A stretch of 63,499 nt of DNA, filler included, from Ministeria vibrans ATCC 50519 (lineage: Eukaryota > Protista > Filasterea), in NCBI GenBank assembly GCA_943704425.1. It is 6 parts of 6 records of this genome, joined end to end, with 100 filler letters (N's around TTAATTAATTAA, not from the genome) between each part and the next. Parts side by side here need not be neighbours in the genome. Positions count along the whole stretch, not along the records: positions 1 to 20,349 come from CALSCP010001610.1; positions 20,450 to 42,813 come from CALSCP010001980.1; 4 more parts are not named here. One strand, 5' to 3'. Positions 11,519 through 21,212 of the stretch are shown here, one piece after another; position 1 is the stretch's first letter; each line of letters opens with the position of its first letter. The notes beneath the pieces are model-generated. The model was not told the origin of the DNA. It searched no databases and saw only the letters and a list, made by a program, of their open reading frames with translations. Both the position numbers and the translations under genes were made by a program.

Positions 11519-11970
11519 AGCTCAACAATAAAATGATAAATTTAATGTAATTTTTCCCCCACAAAGAACAACAACAATGTCACAGAGAGAGAGAGAGAGA
11601 AAAAAAAAAGAAGAAGAAGAAAGACAGGTCTTTTTTTAGGGGGTAGTAGTGCCTTTTGCTTACGTTTTTCTTTGACTTGCTATTGGATTTCGATTTCTGG
11701 CAAGATGCCAAAGTGCTGAAGGCAAGTGCATGCTGTTTTGCTTGTTTGTTTTTCCGCCGCAAACCTGCTCTGCACTCAATTAATACCACCGATGATCGCG
11801 GGCACCAACTGCATGCGCCGAGGCATGATAGACAGAGTCATACAGTGGGTGTTCACCATCTTTGCTTGTTTTCACTTCCCCGACGGTGTTCCGAACTTCC
11901 GTTGGTGCAATCTGAAGTCTTATTATTATATTCATTTATTTTTCTTATTCGCTTGATAACTATTCTCAAT

Positions 11971-13434
11971 ATGTCATCCTCGTTGCAGCGCCCACCTCCC
12001 CCGCGATTTTTAAGGCAAGATTCGACCGTGGGCGACGAAGAGAGCGCCATGGAGAGCATCTTCGACACACCCGAGTCATTTCGCGTTGTGATCAAAAACG
12101 ACCAAAGCAAACAGTACCTCGCCACCATCGAGGTGTCGTTGCCACACGAGACCATTGAGCTTGTGGTTGACGGCTGCGCCGAGTCGCTGCTGGTGTCGTC
12201 GTTGCCTCCAATCCACTTGTGCGTCACCATCGACTCTTCCTACCCCGCCTCTCGTCCGCCTTTCACTCTGTCCTGCTCGTGGCTGTCCGCCGTCCATCTA
12301 GAGTGTCTTGCCCACCTGTTGGATGCGATCTACAACGAAGACCCTGGCAATGTGGTCGTGTTTCCCTGGGTCGACAATTTGCGTTGCGAAACATTCAACC
12401 ATCTCGATCTGAGAGCGCCTGTTGTTGTTCCGGCCGACCAGGGCGTGGCCGAGGATCCCCGTGTTCTTGTGCGCACTGGCGCACCCATGGAGCCGACGAT
12501 GGTGCGACGCACCCTGGCCGATTACGACATGGAAGCGAGTGCGCGAGAGTGGTTACATTCATTCCACGCGTGTGACATTTGCATGCGCGAAGTCGTCGGC
12601 AAAGACTCGATGCGACTCGTGTCGTGTCGCCACGGATTCTGCCACATGTGCCTTGCCACCATGGTGCGCACGGAGATTCGCGATGGGGACGCGACGCGTG
12701 TCAACTGTGGCTGCGTATGCCCCGCCAGCGACTGCGGCGCACCATTGCTGCCCACTGAAATCGCACAGCTGCTCAAGGGCAACGGCAGCGACAAAGACAA
12801 AGACAATACTGGTGAGGAGGAGGACGGTGAATTGTATGCGCGCTACGAACGCCTCGTGCTCGACAAGTGCCTTGCAGATATGCAAGACATTGTGTGGTGC
12901 GCACGACACGAGTGCCAACGGCCAGTCATGGTCGACACCGACTCACCCACGGGCCGCTGCACCTTCTGCGGCTATGTCTTCTGTACACGTTGCCGTCGCG
13001 AATACCACAGCAACCTGCCGTGCTCGTGCGAATTCTGCAAGCTCCCGTACCACTTCAACACGCCCTGTCGCGACAGCATGACCGACACACTCTTTATCAA
13101 TGGTTCGTGGACCCTCCGCCGTCAGCTCATCGCCGCATTCGGTCCTAAATCGTTGCGTCTGCCTGCCACGCATGTGTTTCTGCGCAATCACTCCGGTGAC
13201 CGTGATCAGCTCCGCGCGCTCTTTGGCCAAAGTTTTTGGAACATGGCGGAAATTGAGGAGCTCGAGTCAGAGCAAACTATTGACGCTATTAGCAAACGCT
13301 GTCCCACGTGTAGCACACCGATCCAGAAGAACCAGGGTTGCTCGCACATGAAGTGTCGCGCATGTGGCACTGATTTTTGTTGGGAGTGTCTTGAAATTTG
13401 CCCATCTCGCTATTGTCCAGTCGCGAGACTTTAA
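11971..13434 (+). CDS. RNF14: RBR E3 ubiquitin ligase RNF14/ARA54-like (RWD-RING1-IBR-RING2), intronless
   Basis: RWD motif LPPIHLCVTIDSSYPASRPPFTLSCSWL, GNVVVFPWVDNL, RING1 CDIC..CRHGFCHMC, IBR, and RING2 CPTCSTPIQKNQGCSHMKC. Confidence 0.88.
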   Translation: MSSSLQRPPPPRFLRQDSTVGDEESAMESIFDTPESFRVVIKNDQSKQYLATIEVSLPHETIELVVDGCAESLLVSSLPPIHLCVTIDSSYPASRPPFTLSCSWLSAVHLECLAHLLDAIYNEDPGNVVVFPWVDNLRCETFNHLDLRAPVVVPADQGVAEDPRVLVRTGAPMEPTMVRRTLADYDMEASAREWLHSFHACDICMREVVGKDSMRLVSCRHGFCHMCLATMVRTEIRDGDATRVNCGCVCPASDCGAPLLPTEIAQLLKGNGSDKDKDNTGEEEDGELYARYERLVLDKCLADMQDIVWCARHECQRPVMVDTDSPTGRCTFCGYVFCTRCRREYHSNLPCSCEFCKLPYHFNTPCRDSMTDTLFINGSWTLRRQLIAAFGPKSLRLPATHVFLRNHSGDRDQLRALFGQSFWNMAEIEELESEQTIDAISKRCPTCSTPIQKNQGCSHMKCRACGTDFCWECLEICPSRYCPVARL

Positions 13435-13504
13435 CTCGCTCTCACTCACTCTCCCTCTCTCCCTGATATCAATAAACCGAATTTTAATGTAACTAAACCG
13501 AATT

Positions 13505-15289
13505 TTAATGTAACATGTCCAAATGGGTAATCGTGGAGCCAATACGCTTGACCTCGTCGAGAAACCAGTCAAGGTCGGCGCGTGAGACGGCAGGACTGTT
13601 GACAATCATTCGAAAGAAGTTTGGATGGTCGCCCAAAGGCTGAAAGCCACACATGGTCGAGCCAATGCGCTGCATCTCACGCTTGATGAAGGGCGCGACA
13701 AGATGAAGGTGCGCCTTGTGGTCCGCGGGATCCAGCTGGGCGTCGCGCAGCACCGCTGGTGTGTAGTGGAAGCAGACGTTGACCGACTGAGGCGCAAAGA
13801 GCAGCGTAAACCCCTCGCTGGCGCGCGCCTGCACTTGCGCTGCCATGTACTGCGCATTGTCAAAGGCATTTTCGATGCGCGCCGCCATGCCTGTGTGTCC
13901 GTGTGCGCGCCACATAAGCCACAGCTTGAGCGCGTCCACGCGTCGACCGCACTGGATCGTCTTGTCGCCCGTGTCGTGCTCAGCGTTCTCTTTGTCGCGC
14001 TGGAAGAGGTACGACGCGGCCGACGCATGGCACTCTAGCAGCAGCGACGGGTCGCGCATGAGCAGCGCCGAGCACTGCAACGGCACACCCATCATCTTGT
14101 GGGGGCACCACGAGAGCGAGTCAGCGTGCTCAACGCCCTGCATGCGCAGTGCACGCAGCCGGGGCGACACGAGCGCGCTCGCACCCCACGCCCCGTCAAT
14201 ATGCAGCCACAGTGTGTGCTCACGCGCAATCGCCGCCAATCGCTCAAACGGGTCGTAGGCGCCCCGCACGGTTGTTCCTGCCGTCGCATTGAGAAAAAAG
14301 GGCACACGGCCGTCCTGACGTGCCGCCGCAATCTGCTCTTCGAGGTGTTCGGGGATCATGCAGCCGAGCGCGTCGCAGCGCACCTTGTAGACACTGTCGA
14401 GGCCCAGGCCGAGGACGGTGACGCCCTTGGTGATGGAGTAGTGCGAGTCTTCGCTGGTAAACACTGCCAGTGGTCCCGGTAGTGCCCAGTTGCCGCGTTT
14501 CTTCACGTCAGGGTAGCGACGGAAACGCGCCACGTTCATGGCAAAGAGGTTGCTGATGGAACCGCCAGGGCAGAAGATGCCGTCGCCCGCGCCCTCGGGC
14601 CAGCCCACGAGCCGTCGCATGTGACTCAGTAGCGTGCCTTCAATCAGCAGGAAGACGGGGGCCATCTCAAAGGTGTACATGCTCGTGTTGACCACGGCCG
14701 TCATCCACTCACCGGCGACGCCCACCGGGTCAGGGCCAGCAAACAGTTGGTTGAAGCAGTGCGGATGGGCGACACGCACACTCTTGCTCAGCGCAAAGCG
14801 ACACGCGTTCAGGATGGCCTCGAGCGACTCGGGCGCGTCACGCAGGTCCACGCCGCCGATCTCGCCGTCCATTTGCGCAAGAAGATTGTCCGGCGAAGCC
14901 AAGTCAATGACACGCTAACCACAAAAACAACAAAAGGAGAGACAACGTGAGTGCGTTGAGCGGCGCATCGAGTGCAGGTCACGAATGCAAGGCACAGAGG
15001 GCACAGCGGCGGCGGCAATAGTCAGCGGGGCACGCTGCACACACTTCACATGTGATGTGCTGTTCATGCCCATCGTCACTCATCCGCCCACTTACCACAT
15101 CGCGATCAGAGCACTCCGACCAATAGTTGGAAAACAGCTTCGCCGAAGCCAACAGAAACTTCTCGGTGTTCTCGATGGCCTCTTGGCTCCCACCGGCGAC
15201 TTGTAACTCTGTGACAGGACGAAAAAATGAGCAAAATTTGGAAGGGACATCTTAACACACACTTTACCTGAAGCAAACACTTTGTCCAT
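13505..15289 (-). CDS. CSAD: Group II PLP-dependent acidic amino-acid decarboxylase, CSAD/GADL1-type; 3 exons
   Basis: HPHCFNQLFAG, PGGSISN, SHYSI, GTTVRGAYDP, WLHIDGAWG, PLP-lysine motif WCPHKMMG, DTGDKTIQCGRRVD. Two small 5' exons (MDKVFAS; ELQVAGG...). Confidence 0.85.
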
Positions 15290-15455
15290 TTTATTTCTGT
15301 TTCTTTGGAGACTACGGGGAGGATGCTCGAGTGTGAGTAAGTAAACAAGCCGTAATTAGACTTATTAGAGTGAATTAAATTGAATTAAATTGAAATTGTG
15401 TTTTAACTTTTAGTATTAAATTCTATTCGGGTTCGATCAAAATCAATTTTTTCAT

Positions 15456-15966
15456 ATGCTGGCTGTCTTGGCGACTTTAGCGGCACTTTTGCAGCTAGGC
15501 GCTGTTGGTGCGGCATCGACAAAGCCGAACATTATCTTCATTGTTGCCGACGATTTGGGTACAGCGGTTTGTTTGTTTTCCTTTTGCGTCTGTCCACCAC
15601 AAAACACAAAACACATTCAAACACGAACACGCACGACACTCGGCCTCTCGTGGATCAATGGCCCACAATACCATGTGTGTTTTGACCTCGGCCTGCGCAT
15701 CCGCTGCCGCTGAAACGCCCTCGTGCGTGCGTGTAGGATTCAACGAGCTGCACTACAACAACAAGTCGCTGGTACTGCGCACGCCGACGCTCGATGCGCT
15801 GGCGGGCGCCGGTGTGCGCCTCCACAACTACTATGTGCAGCCTATCTGTTCGCCGACACGCTCGGCGCTGATGACCGGTATGTGGACGCGCGACTGTTTG
15901 TGTATTGACTTTGTGTGTGTGTGTGTGTGTTTGTGTTTGTGTTTGTGTTTATGTTTATGTCTTTGT

Positions 15967-15998
<32 letters not shown>

Positions 15999-17598
15999 GC
16001 GTAGGAAACTATCCGATTCGATTGGGCACGCAGTCCAACGTGGTGTACTGGGACACGCCATGGGGTGTTTCGTTGAACGAAACGTTCATTCCACAGATGC
16101 TGAAGAAGCAAGGGTACCACACGGCAATGTTTGGCAAGTGGCACTTGGGCATGTACAAAAAGGACTATCTGCCCACCGCGCGTGGCTTCGACTACTTCCG
16201 TGGCTACACGCAAGGCTGCGAGTCGTACTGGGGACATATTGCGGCCGCATGTCAAGCACCGACGGTGTCATCCAACGCCAAAGAGAGCAACCCAGTGTGT
16301 GCCAAGGACTACGACGGATACGACTTCTACAGCCAAGAGGACATTGACATTTCCGTCAACAACACATACTCCGCCGACGTACTCACAGCCGACGCAGTCA
16401 ACTACATCCGCCAACACGCCGACGTGCCTGCTCCCTACTTCCTCTACGTAACAACAACAATCCACCACAAGACAAACTCCGCCTCACACTCTTTACTTTT
16501 CTTGGTATGTAGCTACCCTATCAGAACATTCACGCGCCCGTAAGTACCTCCTAAATTCCACTCTAGCTTCATACTAAATTTAGTGTGTCATCAGTACGAG
16601 GCACCAGAGAAGTACGTCAAGATGTACGAAGGGGCCTTCCCGCACGACCACGAGAAGGCCGTCATCTACGCTATGATTACGGCGCTCGATGACCACCTTG
16701 CACGCGTCGTAGACGCCCTCAACGCGACGGGCCAACTGGATAATGCTGTGATCATCTTTACCAGTGACAATGGTGCTCCCGGTGCGTACGATGGTCGTAA
16801 CTATCCTCTGCGGGGATTTAAGACACAGGTACACGAAAAGGAGAGAGACAGAGAGAAACAGAAACAAAGTGATATAGAGATAGAGAGAAACAATGTGATA
16901 GAGAGAAACAAAAGAGAACAAAGTGATATGATAGATAGAGAGAAACAAAATGATAGAGGAGAGAGACGGGGGGGGGGGGAGAGAGTTACTCTTTTGTGTC
17001 TGCCTGCTGAGATGTTTCTTATTTATATATGGGGTAGCTGTGGGAGGGGGGTACTCGTGTGCTTGGGTTTGTGCATGCGCCGGCGTACATCAAGACGGGT
17101 CCGCGTGACTCGCATGAGCTGTACCACATCACCGACTGGTTCCCGACGATTGCTGAGATTGCTGGGGGCGACGGAAGCACTGCACTAGACGGCCAGTCGA
17201 TGTGGCAAAGCCTTGTGTCGGGCACACCCTCGTCGCGCACGTCCATGCTGTACAACATTAACCCTTTGTGCGACAGCGGGCAGGCAGGCAAACCCAAGGC
17301 GGGCGTGCGCGACCACAACTGGAAGCTGCTGTGCGAGTGCTACGACGGCACCAAGCGCGAGTGCACCGGCCAGCGCTACCTGTTTGACCTTGATAACGAT
17401 CCCTCGGAGACGGACAACGTCGCACAGGCGCGTCCGGACAAGGTGAGTGCGCTGGAGCAGCTGCTGGCCCAGCATGCAGCCGACATGGTCGAGCCCATGC
17501 AGTGGACCAAGCCCTACCAAGGACCTGACTACGAGTGTGCCGAGTGCCCACTCGGTGTCCAAAGCGAGCCCTATCATGCATGGAGACCCTGGCTCTAA
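15456..17598 (+). CDS. ARSB: Secreted/lysosomal arylsulfatase (ARSB/I/J-like), multi-exon
   Basis: Signal peptide, KPNIIFIVADDLG, formylglycine motif CSPTRSALMTG, GYHTAMFGKWHLG, FTSDNG..GRNYPLRGFK..WEGG, HITDWFPT, LFDLDNDPSE. Confidence 0.9.
16841..16965. repeat. Intronic minisatellite, ~4 variants of AAACAAAGTGATAG (arylsulfatase last intron)
   Basis: Units at about 16862, 16888, 16917 and 16943. Confidence 0.85.
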
Positions 17599-17724
17599 TA
17601 CACCAACGCAGCTACAGCGAAGTAAAAAAAAAAAAAAAAATGCGGGGGAATGGAGAAAGAGAGGAGATAAAAGTCGTGTACAGCATTCGGAAGAACGGAA
17701 AGAAGAGAGAGAAACATAGAGAAA

Positions 17725-20006
17725 TCAAAGGTCCTCCCTGGACTGAGCAGCAGCAGTAGGAGAGTCTTGTTGAGGAGAGATCAGGTGGAGCTGGAGGAAA
17801 GCAGACACTTCAGTAGGGTCAGAAGCATTGCGCAGTCGCAACGTGCGTGTGGTGCGCGGGAAGTGCAGGGCCAGACTTGAAACTTTGACTTTGCCCTCTC
17901 TACAAACACAACAGGAGGAGCGTTCAAACTGACAAGTATATGCGTGTGTGTGAATGCATGCGCTTACACAATCATATACGCAAAAATGCACTTGTGACGC
18001 CATTGTTTGAAGGGCTCTTCCAATGCCATTTTCTAAATATAAAAAACAACAAACGTTACAGACACACACACACACACACACATAATCTCTTGTCACAATC
18101 TGTGCGGTTCGTACGAGCGTATCAATAGCACCATCTTCGACACGGAAGACGGCGACAGGTATGTGCTGTTCCTCCATGAGATAGAGCACGTTGCGCGACG
18201 ACAGACGCGACCAGTGACACACCCGAGCCATATCCAGTTGTGTCCAAAACTGCGTCACGCTCATGTCCGCCGACAGCCCCACGGCGACTGTGCGCTCTGG
18301 GCAGAACTTGATCACAAACACTGTGCCGGCGGTGCTCAGGTCAAAGAGCGGTTTTGCAGCGGAAGCAGCAGTACCATCGGCATCAGTGTCGACAGTCTCC
18401 GTTTCAATGTCGGTACGGGCAAAGCGCATTTCATCAGCGTACGCTTCGGCGGTCGAGGCAAAAAGGGAGAAGAGCGGATGGGACGAAGGACCCACAAAGG
18501 TTGCGATGGCAAGACGCTGCACGGCGGCATTTTGGAAGGAATGTGTGGCCTGGGCGCGTGTGGTGCGCATGAGGTCAATCAGAGACTCTTGTGAGGGTGT
18601 GTCGTGAACATGGTCTGCGGGTGAGCGGGCGGTCGCGGCAACGCGCAAGGCGTGGACGTGTGCATAGAGCGACAGTGCGTCGGCGGCACCCACATAGTGC
18701 TCAAGTGAACCATTGGCATGTACTGTGAAGAAGGTTGGAAAGGCGGTAATGCCCTGCAGCAGACACTCCTCAGTGTCCTCTGAGCAATCGACGGCAGCCA
18801 AGGCCGGTCCTGCGTCCTTCTCGGTGCGCAGCTCGCGACTGGCATTGTGGAAGTCAACGGCACCCGCACGACTGAGCACGGACCAGGGCACGACAAACAT
18901 GACCATGCTGGGAGTGGTAGTCATGGCACGTTCCTGGGCGTATCGCTCGACGCACCCGACTTGCTCCAGCAATCGCACCTCCGAGCTCTGCAGTACAGGC
19001 TTGGTGGTCAGACTGGCGCCGCGCATGCGACCAAAGTCCTCGTTGACATCGTCATTTTCGAGCCACAAAGGGACCACATTTTGCTGTTCGCCAATGGACG
19101 GTCGTCGTTGTGGTGCCTCCACCTCGACCACATCGCCATCGAGCACACGGTCGTCGGTCATCTCCGCAGACGCAGCAGCAGTTGCGCCTGTCTCCTCCGT
19201 CTTCTTTGCCTTGGGTCGTCCGTAGCGTACTGGCTTCCCCTGTGGCTTTGCCGCAGCTTCATCAAGCAGTACTGGCCCACGGAAGACACGCCCAGCGGGC
19301 AACGTGAATGTCTCGAGCACCTTGACCAGCTCTTCGGTGGACGTCTGTTGCAGCTCGAGCTTGTGTTCGAGCAGTTCCGGAAAGGGGTTCTCTTCGTCGG
19401 AACTCAGCTCGCTGATAACCTTTCCGCCCTGCAAGAGGTCACCTTTGCACAGACCGGCCACGCCACAACCATCCTCGAAGGCGGCGTTTCCCCGGATCTC
19501 GAGGCGCACCACTTGAGGATCGTACAGGATCAGTTCGGAGACGGCGTCGCCCAGGGCACAGCCATGTTCGGTCGCAAACTGCGCTGAGAACACATACTGC
19601 TCGTTGGGGCTCACTTGGTCGGGATCGGGCGCCACCATGTTCTTGACAAGGTGGGTCAAGTAGACAATCATCTGCGCGACATAGTCGAGACTGGGCGGTC
19701 GCGGCAGACGCAACTCACAGCCGTACACGTACATGCTGAACCGCGGCGTCTTCTTCAATGCCTTCTTGCCTGTGCACAGAGGCACGTCAACGTGATCGCG
19801 TGAGTTGCAGTTGACCTAGAGTGGCGTTATGAGAGGCGGAAAAGCGTTCTTAATCGTTTTTTTCGTTTTCATGGACACCACAGGAAAGGAACGCGCCATA
19901 CCGTGTAGAAGGCGACATCCTCGATGGCCTTGTAGTAGGCAGCTGCACTAGCAAACCACTTGACAACTGCAAGGACACGCAGGGCGAATGAGTGAGGGCG
20001 ATTGGC

Positions 20007-20037
<31 letters not shown>

Positions 20038-20328
20038 GAGAGACGTTTTACGTTTGCGTTCGTCGCTGTTGAAATGTGTCAGAAAGACCGCAATGGGAAC
20101 TGTTTCGAAGAGCGTCTCGAATTTGTACGCATCGAGGGCAAGCAGGCGTGAGGCATGTGCCACCTGCACCTCATCGGTGGTGGAGGCGGTGTTTGGAGCG
20201 GTATCTAAGGGAGGAGAGGGAAAGTGAGACCGCAAACCAAAACACATTGCAATTGTACTCTCTGCTCCGTCAGCCTTGCCCACGAGGAGCACCGCAAAAA
20301 GTATTAGAGGTGCTACAAGGGAGCGCAT
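17725..20328 (-). CDS. ER thioredoxin-fold protein, redox-inactive PDI family, TXNDC16/ERp90-like; multi-exon
   Basis: Signal peptide MRSLVAPLILFAVLLVG. Trx fold VMFVVPWSVLS...AAVDCSEDTEECLLQGITAFPT has no CxxC. C-terminal ER-retrieval signal REDL. Confidence 0.7.
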
Positions 20329-20349
20329 ACTACAATAATCTAATGATTT

Positions 20350-20449
20350 NNNNNNNNNNNNNNNNNNNNNNNNNNNNNNNNNNNNNNNNNNNNTTAATTA
20401 ATTAANNNNNNNNNNNNNNNNNNNNNNNNNNNNNNNNNNNNNNNNNNNN
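20350..20449. other. Artificial contig spacer (N44-TTAATTAATTAA-N44)
   Basis: 100-bp linker with stop codons in all six frames; five identical copies in the window. Confidence 0.98.
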
Positions 20450-21212
20450 ATTTCGTCGCTCTTTGAGACCGCTCTTACTGCTGCGACGCACGAGGAGTCG
20501 CTCTCTTTTTTTCCCCTTTTTTTCTTTTTAACTTACAGTCGACTTGGATCTTCCTTCTCCATCGCGTCCTCCAAATAACTAATAAACGTTAGTGCGTCGC
20601 AAGGGACAAGGCGACGCAGTGAATGAGAAAAAAGTGTTATTGTTTGATTTTTGAAGATGGATTTTATCCTCTGCAAAATACAGTGCAGGGACAGTGCAGG
20701 ACTCACTGCTCGCCAACTGGACGCCAGTCACGTGGGTCATCAAGAGTTTTAACGCTCAGTTGATTACAGTCACGTACACATAACAAACGAAAATCTGAAT
20801 CAGAATGTGTTTGCTGCAGTTGTGACGGAGATGCCCATCTCTCTCTGTTGACTGTTCAAGTAAAATATCAATTGGTGCACCGGAGACTGCCGTGTACAGG
20901 GTCTACCTGACTACCTGTGCCTCCGTGCATTCTTCTCATGGGTGTATCAGTGGGTCAATGGGCTTCTTTTGGGACATTCTCGTCTGGAACTGAATTATCT
21001 ACTCTGCTCTTTGTTTGTTTTGTATATAGTTTTGTTTTGACATTGAGTGCAGCTCTCGATTCTATATTTATTTGTTGTTGATGCTGGTGAATGTATCATG
21101 AATAAATGGGTTGTATTCTTCTTTCTTCTATTTTATTTTCATAAAAATATTATAATAATAATAATTATATGATTTATATCAATTTTTAAAATATCATTAT
21201 TTCTACCCCGCG

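Noticed and set aside
11656-11970. N-terminal extension of the RNF14 ORF
   Set aside because: Non-ATG start and an AT-rich segment before ATG 11971; RWD homology begins after that ATG.
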